From NCBI GenBank assembly GCA_013387215.1, contig WARW01000022.1:5357-69356 (forward strand): a stretch of DNA of 64,000 nt. Direction: 5' to 3'. Shown in pieces: positions 1-9,825 of this stretch. The position numbers and the translations under genes are program-made. This stretch comes from Patescibacteria group bacterium. Its GTDB lineage: Bacteria; Patescibacteriota; Microgenomatia; UBA12405. Under the pieces are notes generated by a model that saw only the letters and a list, made by a program, of their open reading frames with translations, did not search any database and was not told the origin of the DNA. The first letter of the stretch is position 1. Every line of letters begins with the position of its first letter.

Positions 1-360
1 ATAAACAACGTCATATCCTTCACACCATTTGTTATAAAATTTTTCGATTATTTCTGGAGGATCTTGAAGATCGCCGTCTAAAAATACAATTGCGTCTCCA
101 GTTGAAATGTCCATTCCGCTAGTGAATGCCATTTGTGAACTGAAATTTCGAGAATGAGTTACGGCAATTGTATGTTTATCTTTATCAACAATTTTTTTTA
201 AAACTGACTCTGAATTGTCTGGGCTGCCATCATTAATAAATATAATTTCATAATCTACACCAATTTTTTGAAATGTTTTTTCGAGACGGTCATGCATTAA
301 AGGAATAGCTTTTTCATCTCGGTAACAAGCAATGATGGCGGAGATTTTTTTAGTTTTCAT
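1..360 (-). CDS. GT2 polyprenyl-phosphate glycosyltransferase (GtrB/ArnC/DPM-synthase-like), truncated by left window edge
   Basis: Not in the ORF track. Hand translation from ATG at 360: MKTKKISAIIACYRDEKAIPLMHDRL...YEIIFINDGSPDNS...HSRNFSSQMAFTSGMDISTGDAIVFLDGDLQDPPEII...GYDVVY. NDGS.D, SRNF and DGDLQDPP are GtrB/ArnC hallmarks. Confidence 0.9.
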   Translation of the reverse strand, partial: MKTKKISAIIACYRDEKAIPLMHDRLEKTFQKIGVDYEIIFINDGSPDNSESVLKKIVDKDKHTIAVTHSRNFSSQMAFTSGMDISTGDAIVFLDGDLQDPPEIIEKFYNKWCEGYDVVY

Positions 361-361
361 A

Positions 362-859
362 TTAACGTTTTAAATTAATATACCAAGGTTGGTCTCCATT
401 TAACATTTTTGGAACTAATTCTGAGACTTCATCTGCTGATTCTGGCCAAACAGATTTTATATTTTTAAATATTTTCATCACTTCTCCATCCTCTTCTGAC
501 CAATGTGAAAAACCATCATGGGAATAATCTTTATCTCTTCCTGAACCAACTAAAATCATTGGTGTTTTTTCATGATCTACATAATTTCGTATTGTCTCGA
601 ATGGTCGATATAAAAGGAATGGAGTGATAGAAAAAACGATTGGCAGCTTTCCTTCTAGCGAAAGACCTGTGGCGATTCCAATTAGAGATTGTTCAGCTGC
701 ACCAACATTAAAGAATCGATCTGGGTACTCAGTTCTAATTTGATCCCAAATTCGATAACCAAGATCGCCTGTAACAACGACAATTCTTTTATCATTTTTC
801 ATCGCTTGATAAATTTCATCAGCAAAGCGTCGTCTTAGATTTTGATTATAGTCGATCAT
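362..859 (-). CDS. Transketolase-like subunit B (pyrimidine-binding domain only, 165 aa)
   Basis: TGDLG, RFFNVGAAEQSLIGIATGLSLEG, RPFETIRN and DGFSHW motifs; lacks the transketolase C-terminal domain; overlaps the subunit A stop. Confidence 0.88.
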   Translation of the reverse strand: MIDYNQNLRRRFADEIYQAMKNDKRIVVVTGDLGYRIWDQIRTEYPDRFFNVGAAEQSLIGIATGLSLEGKLPIVFSITPFLLYRPFETIRNYVDHEKTPMILVGSGRDKDYSHDGFSHWSEEDGEVMKIFKNIKSVWPESADEVSELVPKMLNGDQPWYINLKR

Positions 860-1572
860 TTTAATGTCTCCATAGCTAATTCATAATCAGTGTTTTTCAT
901 AGTACAGTAATGAGCATCAAGACCATTTAAGAAGTGAAGCTGTTCTGAGGATGTTTTAGCAAAGATAATTGTTGGAGAGGTATTTTCTAATTTTAATTTG
1001 TCGACAATTTCGTTCGTATTGTGGCCGTTAGCTTTGATAATTTTGAAACCGAAACCTTTAAACCGATTTAATAAATCTTTTGAAGACACAGGATCATATG
1101 CTCCCCAACCGTTTATCGAGGCAATAATTTTTAGATTATTAACTTTCATATCATGAATAATACGTAAACTTTCCCAAATGCTTCCTTCTGCACATTCGCC
1201 ATCTGAAATTAGACAATATACATTTTTATTACGGTTTGCTAAGGCTATTCCAACCGCTATTGGTAACCCTTGTCCAAGACTGCCAGTGGAAACATCAATA
1301 CCAAGTGATGGGTTTCTGTCTGGGTGAACACCTAAAACGTGTAAATCTGGATCTTTTAAAAAGCCATATTTTTCAAGAACTGTGTATAAAGCACTAGCTG
1401 CATGTCCGTTGGAAAGTATAAATTTTTCATCTCTTTTTTTTACGGAATAAACAGCATCGATAATATCGATAACACTTAAGCAAGAACCGATGTGCGAGGC
1501 GTTGAATTTATATATAATTTCTAAAAGTCTTTTGCGAATTTGTTTTTGGTTTTTAGTTAAATTATTTTTCAT
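856..1572 (-). CDS. Transketolase-like subunit A (N-terminal ThDP-binding domain)
   Basis: SHIGSCLS, FILSNGHA, STGSLGQGL and SDGECAEGSIWE (ThDP-binding GDG-like motif). Confidence 0.92.
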   Translation of the reverse strand: MKNNLTKNQKQIRKRLLEIIYKFNASHIGSCLSVIDIIDAVYSVKKRDEKFILSNGHAASALYTVLEKYGFLKDPDLHVLGVHPDRNPSLGIDVSTGSLGQGLPIAVGIALANRNKNVYCLISDGECAEGSIWESLRIIHDMKVNNLKIIASINGWGAYDPVSSKDLLNRFKGFGFKIIKANGHNTNEIVDKLKLENTSPTIIFAKTSSEQLHFLNGLDAHYCTMKNTDYELAMETLK

Positions 1573-2462
1573 TTTTGAGCTTCTATACAGATATTACCTA
1601 ATTTTAGATTTATTTGTTGCTCTAAATATTTCGAATGTGAGTTTAATATTTTTAATTTTATAAGCCTAGGAAGCGGCATCAGCCAGAATAGATGCTTTAT
1701 GGACAATGTGTTTTTAGGAGAATAAATTCTAAGTGTTTTAAAACCATTTTTTTTGAAAATTACATTAATAGTTTTAGGGCTATAAAGGCAAGTATGCTCT
1801 ATATCAATAATCGGACTTTTTTCGCCTAGAATTTTGGAAGATAAGCTGTCTATGTTGTGATTAAACGAAAGTATAAAACCATTAGGTTTAAGAATTTTAA
1901 AACATTCTTTTAAATAATCATTTGGATTAGGAATATGGTCAAAAGTTTGAAAAAAGAAAATGAAATCAAAACTTTTTGGCTCAAATAAACCTGGCTTAAG
2001 AATGTTGATTTTAATATTTTTTTTAATTAATTTACTAGATTTATTAACAGCATCAATACTTGGTTCGACTCCAAATACATTTTTATAACCAAGTTTATAT
2101 ATCTTTTCTAAGACAAATCCATTGCCACAACCAATCTCTAAAATTTTTGCATTTTTAGGTATTTTTTTAAGTATTGGTTTTACACTATTTATATATGTAG
2201 ATGTTAGACTTTTTATTTCATCATCATAAGTGAGAAGACTTTTTTCATATAGTTTACTTAAAACATTACTATCTGCAACTGGATTAGATCGAACAAGTCC
2301 GCAAATTTTACATTTAACTAATTGATAGTGAATTTTATCTGGTAAGCGTCTGGCAGAAAAGACTTCTGTGTTAAGATCGCTAATCCTAAAATTTTTATAA
2401 TAGAGAATTTTATATTTTTTTTCACTTCCACAAATAGAACACTTGACGTTTTTAAGTTTCAT
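1569..2462 (-). CDS. Class I SAM-dependent methyltransferase with N-terminal Zn-binding CxxC...CxxC domain (sugar-modifying type)
   Basis: CSIC...CKIC at the N-terminus; ILEIGCGNG motif I; GVEPS; FDHIPNP; LKPNG. Confidence 0.85.
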   Translation of the reverse strand: MKLKNVKCSICGSEKKYKILYYKNFRISDLNTEVFSARRLPDKIHYQLVKCKICGLVRSNPVADSNVLSKLYEKSLLTYDDEIKSLTSTYINSVKPILKKIPKNAKILEIGCGNGFVLEKIYKLGYKNVFGVEPSIDAVNKSSKLIKKNIKINILKPGLFEPKSFDFIFFFQTFDHIPNPNDYLKECFKILKPNGFILSFNHNIDSLSSKILGEKSPIIDIEHTCLYSPKTINVIFKKNGFKTLRIYSPKNTLSIKHLFWLMPLPRLIKLKILNSHSKYLEQQINLKLGNICIEAQK

Positions 2463-2463
2463 A

Positions 2464-3399
2464 TTAATAAAATTTATGATTATTTTGAAACCAATCCCAA
2501 GTTAACTTTATCCCAGATTCTAGGTTAGTTTTAGGAATCCATTTTAATAACTGTCTGGCTTTGGAAATATCCGCAACCCAATTATTGGTATCCCAATTTC
2601 TGTTTTCCATACTTCCCCATTTAAAATTAGTGTTGCAACCAGTTACTTTGATAGCAGTTTCAATGACTTCTTTTATAGTTGATTGAACTCCTGTACCAAT
2701 ATTAAAATATTCTCCTGGATTGTTTTTAAGTTCATTGATTTTTAGATAAGCATCTACCATGTCGTCGATGTAAATTTGGTCTCGGGCTGTTTCTGGTGCT
2801 ACTAAATTCATTTCTTCTTTAAATAAGAGTGATTTCATTAGGGTTGGAAAAAATCTTTTCGGCTCTTCATATGGGCCATAAACTGAAAATGGACGGATGG
2901 TAACGATTGGTCTTTTTTCTTGTTTAGCTATATGGCTGCAAAGCAAAGTTTGAGCACATTTGGTGACAGCGTAATAACTTGCAGGTTCAACAATGTCAGT
3001 TTCCCTCATAGCAAAGCTTTTAAATCCATATTCAGAGGAACTGCCAGTATTCACAAATAAGTCATAGTTGATTTGATTGCAAGCTTGAAGCAAATTCCAG
3101 GTACCTAAAATATTAGTTTCAATGATAGCATTGGCGTCTTTTTGATAAGAATATGCACCATTTGTAGCAAGATGATAAATAATATTTGGATGAATCTTTT
3201 CTACTATTTCTGAGAGTTGAACAACATTTGAAAGATCTGAGTGATATATGGTTACTTTATCCAATAGGTCGTTGATTCTCCACGTATTTGATTGCTCTCT
3301 TAATATGATATGAACATTTTCTTTTTGGTCAACCAATTTTCTTAATAAAACTGAACCAATAAATCCTGAAGAACCAGTAATTAAATATGTTTTATTCAT
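2464..3399 (-). CDS. NAD-dependent NDP-sugar epimerase/dehydratase/4-reductase (extended SDR)
   Basis: ITGSSGFIG, TGSSSEYG, YAVTK (YxxxK) and RPFSVYGP. Confidence 0.92.
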   Translation of the reverse strand: MNKTYLITGSSGFIGSVLLRKLVDQKENVHIILREQSNTWRINDLLDKVTIYHSDLSNVVQLSEIVEKIHPNIIYHLATNGAYSYQKDANAIIETNILGTWNLLQACNQINYDLFVNTGSSSEYGFKSFAMRETDIVEPASYYAVTKCAQTLLCSHIAKQEKRPIVTIRPFSVYGPYEEPKRFFPTLMKSLLFKEEMNLVAPETARDQIYIDDMVDAYLKINELKNNPGEYFNIGTGVQSTIKEVIETAIKVTGCNTNFKWGSMENRNWDTNNWVADISKARQLLKWIPKTNLESGIKLTWDWFQNNHKFY

Positions 3400-3404
3400 T
3401 AAAT

Positions 3405-3410
3405 ATTTTA
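3405..3410 (-). promoter_or_regulatory. Putative -10 box (TAAAAT) 5 nt upstream of the SDR ATG (leaderless-type)
   Basis: Minus strand reads caaaTAAAATatttaATG; no Shine-Dalgarno. Confidence 0.4.
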
Positions 3411-3480
3411 TTTGAGAATATTCGTGTTTTGGTTAACAATTCACTCATTTTAATACTATTTTATATATAATAGCAACTGT

Positions 3481-5358
3481 ATGTTTAATTTCGATAAAAT
3501 TATTTCTAAAAAGAAAAACCATCTTTTTGGTTTATTTTTATTATTAATAATAGGATTTGTTGTTTTTGATAATTTTTCTAAAGCTTGGATAGTTGAATCT
3601 GATTCATTACATTTTTATATTTTAGCTAGAAGTGGAGGTTTCTTTGACTTAATTAGAAATTTCTTTCTTTCTGATTTATCTTTAGGTCGATCGACTTTTT
3701 TTATTGCAATCTGGTATAGGATTACGTTTATTTTTGATAATTTTATATATTTCAAAACGGTTTATTTTTTATTTTTAAGCTTAGATATAATTCTGTTTTC
3801 GTTTTTACTAAAAAAGATTTTTGGCTTTTCGAAAATGTTTTTATTTATACCCTTACTTATATTATTGTGTTTTTTACAAAATAGTTGGCATCCAAATGGA
3901 GTAGTTGTTTTTTCAAATGTATTTTCCGGATCATTAAGTTTTTTATTTCTTTCATTGATTTTATATATAAAGTATCTTGAAACAAACAAAAAATATTATA
4001 ATTTTTTAAGTTTGTTTTTGTATACGTGTTCATTGTTCACATATGAATTGTATGTTTTATATTTTTTGTTTTTCATAGCAGTGGCGATAAAAAATTTAAA
4101 TAAAAATAATGGATTTAAGGATTTAATTAATAAAATAAAATTCCAAGTTTTACTACTTTCTTTATATCTCTTTGTTTATTTCTTAGTTAAGCATTTTGCA
4201 TCATCTAGTTATGCTGGTGTTACGGTAAGTGGTAGATTTAGCTTAATTAATTCTGTGAAAACAATTTGGCAATTTAGTGTTTCTTCTATTCCTGGGTATA
4301 TGTTGATTTTTGATAAATGGGCTGGAAACATGGAATTGTTTAAAAACACAATGTTTTATGGTTACAGATCCATACTCTTAAATATTCAACCTATATGGAT
4401 TATAAAGTTTGTTTCTGTTTTTAGTTTATTTTATATAGTTACAAAAAATACTAAGCCCGAAAAAAACTATAAGTTCTATATTTTAAATTTAATTTTAGGA
4501 ATAACTTATTTTTTTATACCTCCGGTTTTATTGTCGTTAACGTCACATTACCAGAACATCGTTTTAAACAATGTTTTTTTATCTGAGCCAGTAACGTTGT
4601 TTTCTTTTTTTGCTTTTGTTTATGTTTTTGTTACTTTATTAATTATATTAATAAAATTAATAAATAATTTTTATTTAAAAAATTATTTATTAATGTTTAT
4701 TGGTCTTTGTATTGCGTGTATAGGGCTCGCTGTAGATTATTCAAATTTTGGTTATTCACAATCACAGGAATTGTCGCATTATAAATGGGAAATTGTTAAT
4801 AGGTTTATTAATACTAATGAGTTTAATAATATTCCTGAAAACTCATTTATATATGCTCCAACTCTGTTTAATGGTATCGGTACTGTTGTTGTTGATGATG
4901 ATGATTATTGGAGTAATTATGTATATGTGAAAAGTGGAAAAAAAATTATAATTACAAAAGATATCAGTAAAATTAGCTTAAATAATGGGTATTTTTTAAA
5001 GTATGATCAACAATTGAAAGATAAAGAACAATATCTGGTATTTTCTAAAGTGTTTGCACTTGATGAAACAAAAAAACTTTTCTATTCCAGTAATGCAGAT
5101 ATATATTATTATTCAAAATATAATAATTTTAATATCTTAGGTTATTTTGACGGTTCCAAATGCAAAAAAAAGGAAGAAATTCAAATTGAAAATAAAAAAG
5201 TGCCTGATGTTTCAAATAATTTTGTTTATAATATTGATCCTTCAAATTTTAAAGTTGAAAATAGTTTGAAGAGAATTAATGTTTCATCTCAAGATAAGTG
5301 CGGCTCATTGCGCTTAAATGATTTTGTCGTTTTTCCTGGTTATATTAATAATCAATAG
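3481..5358 (+). CDS. Polytopic membrane protein, probable GT-C glycosyltransferase (Gtr-type partner of the GtrB-like gene)
   Basis: About 11-12 hydrophobic segments; acidic residues after TM1 (VESDS); LFTYE motif; soluble C-terminal domain; divergent from the SDR/transketolase/GtrB cassette. Confidence 0.55.
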   Translation: MFNFDKIISKKKNHLFGLFLLLIIGFVVFDNFSKAWIVESDSLHFYILARSGGFFDLIRNFFLSDLSLGRSTFFIAIWYRITFIFDNFIYFKTVYFLFLSLDIILFSFLLKKIFGFSKMFLFIPLLILLCFLQNSWHPNGVVVFSNVFSGSLSFLFLSLILYIKYLETNKKYYNFLSLFLYTCSLFTYELYVLYFLFFIAVAIKNLNKNNGFKDLINKIKFQVLLLSLYLFVYFLVKHFASSSYAGVTVSGRFSLINSVKTIWQFSVSSIPGYMLIFDKWAGNMELFKNTMFYGYRSILLNIQPIWIIKFVSVFSLFYIVTKNTKPEKNYKFYILNLILGITYFFIPPVLLSLTSHYQNIVLNNVFLSEPVTLFSFFAFVYVFVTLLIILIKLINNFYLKNYLLMFIGLCIACIGLAVDYSNFGYSQSQELSHYKWEIVNRFINTNEFNNIPENSFIYAPTLFNGIGTVVVDDDDYWSNYVYVKSGKKIIITKDISKISLNNGYFLKYDQQLKDKEQYLVFSKVFALDETKKLFYSSNADIYYYSKYNNFNILGYFDGSKCKKKEEIQIENKKVPDVSNNFVYNIDPSNFKVENSLKRINVSSQDKCGSLRLNDFVVFPGYINNQ

Positions 5359-5362
5359 AGAG

Positions 5363-6058
5363 TTATTTATTTTTTTTGAGAACAAGTTCCCAGCCATAAA
5401 AATAACCTCTTTTCAAGGTTAGTTCTTTTCTAAAAACATTGGCTAAATATGATATTTCTTCTTTTTCTATATATTGAATTCCTCTACCTTTAAAATCAAA
5501 TAAATTTTCAAACCACAACCAATCATCTTCAATGGGAGAACAAGATAATAACTCGAAACCATTTTGGGAAAAAAGTTTAACAATAGAGTCTTTGGTAAGT
5601 TTTTGAATATGTCCTCCACCTTCTGGATGAATCAGGTGATAAAAAATATCTGTAAAATTAGTTGACTCTGGAAAAGCAGCATAAACTATGCCATTTGGCT
5701 TAATAATACTAGTTATTCCCTTAATAAGATTTTCTGGATTAGTCACATGTTCGAGAACATGATTAGCGACAACCATGTCAAATTTTTTGTCCCAATTAAC
5801 AATTCTTTTAAAGAATTTTTTAAAAGGCAGGTTTATATATTTTTCGATTTTATCTTTTGGTTTGATTTCGTGAAGGCAAGATGCGTCAAGCTTGTATATA
5901 TTTACATTTTTAGGAAAATGTTTCGGAAAGAAATAAAGATCTATTCCTGTAATCTTGGCTTTTTGATCAATTAATGACCACCAGTGACTTCCGTTTGGTC
6001 CTGTGCCAATATCAAATATATTTTGTTTATTTTTTAAATATTTTTTTATGCCTATCAT
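5363..6058 (-). CDS. Class I SAM-dependent methyltransferase
   Basis: FDIGTGPNG, ITGID, FDMVVANHVLEHV and IKPNG motifs. Confidence 0.85.
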   Translation of the reverse strand: MIGIKKYLKNKQNIFDIGTGPNGSHWWSLIDQKAKITGIDLYFFPKHFPKNVNIYKLDASCLHEIKPKDKIEKYINLPFKKFFKRIVNWDKKFDMVVANHVLEHVTNPENLIKGITSIIKPNGIVYAAFPESTNFTDIFYHLIHPEGGGHIQKLTKDSIVKLFSQNGFELLSCSPIEDDWLWFENLFDFKGRGIQYIEKEEISYLANVFRKELTLKRGYFYGWELVLKKNK

Positions 6059-8931
6059 TTATTTTCTGGTAAATAATGATGTTTCTGCCAAGTTGTATTC
6101 CATTTATCTTCAAATAATTTTTTATTAGTTTCAAAAATTATTTTATATTCATCGGTTTCAATTTTTTTAAATGAAGCTCCTCCAAAATGATGAATAAAGA
6201 TATCCCGTGCGCAAAGTATTCTGAGACCAGCAAGCTTAACTCGATGACAATAATCATCATCTTCAAATAATCCCCTGCCAAACCTTTCATCCAAATTGCC
6301 TATCGATTGATGAGTGTTTTTGGACATTATCCAGCAAAAAGCGGCTATGTTTCCAAGTTCTAATGATTTACCCCAATTTGCAGAAGTATATTCTCTTGCT
6401 TTTGATTCAAGTTTTTTTTGATTTTTAGGATCGTAGTCTATGTCTATTTTTGCCTCATTTCCAATACTATTAGTTACAGGACCAACTAATCCTACATTAT
6501 TTTTTTTACAATAAAAAATTAAACGAGTAATCCACCCTGGTGTAATTAATACATCGTTATTAAGTAAAATTATATAATCTCCAGAGGCTTCACTTAATCC
6601 AATATTATTGCCTTTTGCAAAACCATAATTATTTTTATTAAAAATTATTTTAACGTTCTTGTTTTTTGAATATTCTTTAATAACCTTCTTTGTTTCATGG
6701 TCTGAATTGTTATCAACAATTATTAGTTCGTAATTAGGAAAGAATGTTCGTTTTAAAATACTATCAATAGTGTTTCTGGTCATTTCCGGATTATTGTAAG
6801 TAAGTAAAATAATGCTAGTTTTAGGGAAAATATTATTTTTAATAATTTCTAATAACTGTTCTGCTCGTTTATCCCAGGTGTTGTTTTTGGCAATTAATTG
6901 TCTTTCTTCAATATTTTTATTCTTGTTTTTTATGGCTAATTTAATTTGATTGCTAAAATTTGTTTTATTACTGAAATAAATATTGTCTTTAAATTCTAAG
7001 ATTTCAGGCATTTCTGTGGTTACAACTGGTTTTCCAGCCGCAAAATATTCAAAAATTTTTACTGGATGAGTTGCTTTAATTAATTCATTCAAAATAAAAG
7101 GAATCATGCATACATCAAAGTGTTGTAGGTATGAAGGTAATGAATCATATGGTTTTTCGCCAAGCAGATGAATGTTTTTATATTTATTAGCAAGCTTCTC
7201 GATTTTATCGTTAGTTACATTACCAATCAATACAAAGGAAATGTCTCTATTTTTTTGAGCAATATCTTCTAAGATTTCTGTATCAAACCACTCTGCTATC
7301 GCACCATAATAGCCAACAATTGGTTGTGAAATATTTTTTAAATCATCGGGGATATTAAACGTGCAATGACTAGCAGTTTCGAAATGATTATAATCACCAG
7401 CATTTTTAATCAAAGAGATGCTCTTTGCTTGTTTGTTTTGGGCTAATTTTTCTAAATAATTAGACGTGGTAATTGTAATGTCTGATTCAGTAAACAGTTT
7501 TTGTTCCAAATCAATATTATTTGTTCCGTTTTCATTAAAACCTTGATGATTATCCATACAATCATATACAGAAGGCATTGCTATATCATTTAAAATATGA
7601 GCCCAAAATGGATGATCTATTTTTGCAATAGGATTAATAATATTAGCTTTATATAACAATGTTTTAATTGAAGCTAAAATAATTTTTTTATCAGTTGCTG
7701 AGGGGGTTTCATTATAAATGAAGAGATTTCTAGATGCAGAGAGTGTTACTGCATAAACATTATTTGTTTTTTTAACTATTTTAATTGGTGCAAAGACATT
7801 CTTTGCATTTTTATATGGAAGAAATTCGTTTTCAATATAAAAAACTCGATTGTTTTTTGTTGCAATATTTGCTGCTAATTGTTGGGGTCTTTGATATCTA
7901 AAATCCCAAGAGATAACGCTAAAATTAATTAAATCAATACTATCTTCACTTCTTTTATTGTTTCTCCATTCTTCTAAAATTTCTTTAGAAATGTTGATTT
8001 TTGGGTTATTAAATAATTTTGCGCTAATGGTGGCTTTAAGTTGTTTTCTTAGTTTAATTGGTATAATTTTCTTTACAATTTTTTTGATTAAAAAACTAAT
8101 TTTTTTGTATATGCTTAATATTTTCCAAGTTTTTGATGCATAAATTTTGTTTAGAGTTTGAGAGTATTCAGTAATCTGTTTTTCGTCTTGATTTACTTTT
8201 TGAGTTAATGAATCAACATTTTTTGTAAGTATTTCATTCTGTTTTTGAATTGTTGATATAAACACATCACTATTCTCTTTTTTATTTATAGTCGAATAAG
8301 CAGGTATACTGGAAAGATCAGTGTTTTTGATATTAGAATATACTAATATTAGCTGTTTTCCTGGCCAAAAGGTGTTTTGTATACGTGATGTATCTGTGAC
8401 TCTAAAAAATGATAGATAAAAATCTTTTTCCTGGAGATTAAAACTATCAAAATCAAAACTAGACAAATGTTCTTTAAATTTATTTTTTTCTTGAAATGGT
8501 ATTTGAAGGATTAAATATTTTTTTGTTTTTACTAACAACTTTTCAAGTTTTTCTTTTGGATTTTCAAAATGTTCTAATGTATTAGAACAATATAAGACGT
8601 CGTAAGATTTAGACAATTCATTTATATCTTCAACTCTGAATTGTAAATTTGGATATTTCTTTTTAGCTTTATTTATTGCAATCTTTGAAAAATCGACTCC
8701 TTCTGCTTTTATCTTTTTAAATTTTTTAGAAAAAATTTCAACACATTGACCTTCAGCGCAACCTATATCACAAAGCGTAAGTTTGTTATTTTCAAACTCG
8801 TTTATCAACCAACTAGGTAGATTTTTTAGTGCAATATTACAAAAAAAGCTTGTTTGTTCTGGTCCGCTGTTTGTTTCCCAATCGGTTTCGAACCTGTTAT
8901 CCCAATAGTTTTTATCATTTATTTTTGTCAT
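6055..8931 (-). CDS. Multidomain protein: methyltransferase - coiled coil - GT-B (TuaH-like) - GT2 (WsaE/WbdD-like polymerase/terminator)
   Basis: N-terminal CDIGCAEG and NTLEHF; heptad segment IQKQNEILTKNVDSLTQKVNQDEKQITEYSQTLNKIYASKTWK; WDFRYQRPQQLA, YDCMD and PVKIFEYFAAGKPVV; C-terminal SIILLTYN, VDNNS, LLNNDV and FEDDDYC. Confidence 0.88.
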   Translation of the reverse strand: MTKINDKNYWDNRFETDWETNSGPEQTSFFCNIALKNLPSWLINEFENNKLTLCDIGCAEGQCVEIFSKKFKKIKAEGVDFSKIAINKAKKKYPNLQFRVEDINELSKSYDVLYCSNTLEHFENPKEKLEKLLVKTKKYLILQIPFQEKNKFKEHLSSFDFDSFNLQEKDFYLSFFRVTDTSRIQNTFWPGKQLILVYSNIKNTDLSSIPAYSTINKKENSDVFISTIQKQNEILTKNVDSLTQKVNQDEKQITEYSQTLNKIYASKTWKILSIYKKISFLIKKIVKKIIPIKLRKQLKATISAKLFNNPKINISKEILEEWRNNKRSEDSIDLINFSVISWDFRYQRPQQLAANIATKNNRVFYIENEFLPYKNAKNVFAPIKIVKKTNNVYAVTLSASRNLFIYNETPSATDKKIILASIKTLLYKANIINPIAKIDHPFWAHILNDIAMPSVYDCMDNHQGFNENGTNNIDLEQKLFTESDITITTSNYLEKLAQNKQAKSISLIKNAGDYNHFETASHCTFNIPDDLKNISQPIVGYYGAIAEWFDTEILEDIAQKNRDISFVLIGNVTNDKIEKLANKYKNIHLLGEKPYDSLPSYLQHFDVCMIPFILNELIKATHPVKIFEYFAAGKPVVTTEMPEILEFKDNIYFSNKTNFSNQIKLAIKNKNKNIEERQLIAKNNTWDKRAEQLLEIIKNNIFPKTSIILLTYNNPEMTRNTIDSILKRTFFPNYELIIVDNNSDHETKKVIKEYSKNKNVKIIFNKNNYGFAKGNNIGLSEASGDYIILLNNDVLITPGWITRLIFYCKKNNVGLVGPVTNSIGNEAKIDIDYDPKNQKKLESKAREYTSANWGKSLELGNIAAFCWIMSKNTHQSIGNLDERFGRGLFEDDDYCHRVKLAGLRILCARDIFIHHFGGASFKKIETDEYKIIFETNKKLFEDKWNTTWQKHHYLPENK

Positions 8932-8997
8932 ATGAGTTTAATTTTACGTAACTTATTATAACTTTTTTTTAAATGTTGGATACCGGCGGTTTGTTTG

Positions 8998-9003
8998 TAT
9001 AAT
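8998..9003 (+). promoter_or_regulatory. -10 box TATAAT 6 nt upstream of ATG 9010 (leaderless-type)
   Basis: tgTATAATtcatatATG; no Shine-Dalgarno. Confidence 0.55.
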
Positions 9004-9009
9004 TCATAT

Positions 9010-9825
9010 ATGAAACTAAAATTAATTGATAAAATTAGAGAATTAATTTACAGTAAGGGAGTAAAAAGTAGAAATGTAGTAAGTTTACAAGAAGTAAATA
9101 TCGCAACAGTAAATTCTTGTACTAGGAAATGTAGATATTGTTATCATGGATCATATAAACAGACTGCTGTGAAATTTATGAAAGAAGAAGTATTTTTAAA
9201 AATTCTAAAAGATCTAAAAGATCTAAATTTTAAGGGAATAATTTCTCCTTTTGAAGGTAATGAGCCTTTGTTAGATAAGCGTTTACCAGATTTTGTAAGA
9301 CTGATATTTGAAACGTTACCAGAAACTAAGTGTTTTGTATTTACGAATGGTGATCTGCTAACTTCAGAAATTGCAAAAAAATTATTTGATGCTGGTTTGA
9401 AAGAAATATTTGTTTCAATGCATGACAAAAAAAATGAAGAAAAAGTGAAAAAAATGATAAAAATTTTTGGAGAAGATAGAATTAAAATTTCATATATGTA
9501 CCAAATGAAACCAGAAGATTTACATAATTTTGCAGGAGTTGTTAAAAATGATTTAGTTAGTCAGAATAAATACAACAAAAACAATTGTGTTTTGCCATTT
9601 AGACAATTGGTTATTGATGTTAATGGTAATGTAAATTTATGTTGTATTGATATTGCAGACAGAATAAGTTTTGGGAATGTTAAGAACAAATCTGTGGGGG
9701 ATATTTTTTATAAAGACGAAAAATTAAATAATATTAGGAAATCATTAAACAAGAATAATCGACTAGGGATGCCAATTTGTAAAGCTTGTAGTTTTAATGG
9801 TCAAGCTTCTTTACTTGAGATTTAA
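9010..9825 (+). CDS. Radical SAM protein with SPASM/twitch domain
   Basis: CTRKCRYC (CxxxCxxC), GNEPLLD, TNGDLL; C-terminal CVLPF..LVIDVNGNVNLCC...CKAC. The ORF track starts at TTG 8995; ATG 9010 is preferred. Confidence 0.9.
   Translation: MKLKLIDKIRELIYSKGVKSRNVVSLQEVNIATVNSCTRKCRYCYHGSYKQTAVKFMKEEVFLKILKDLKDLNFKGIISPFEGNEPLLDKRLPDFVRLIFETLPETKCFVFTNGDLLTSEIAKKLFDAGLKEIFVSMHDKKNEEKVKKMIKIFGEDRIKISYMYQMKPEDLHNFAGVVKNDLVSQNKYNKNNCVLPFRQLVIDVNGNVNLCCIDIADRISFGNVKNKSVGDIFYKDEKLNNIRKSLNKNNRLGMPICKACSFNGQASLLEI

Noticed and set aside
362-1572. Frameshifted transketolase pseudogene
   Set aside because: The two parts have a clean 4-bp ATGA start/stop overlap and intact motifs; split transketolases are a known arrangement.
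9204-9227. Short tandem repeat (ctaaaagat)x2 in the SPASM radical SAM gene
   Set aside because: Encodes LKDLKDL; only two copies and no sign of variability.
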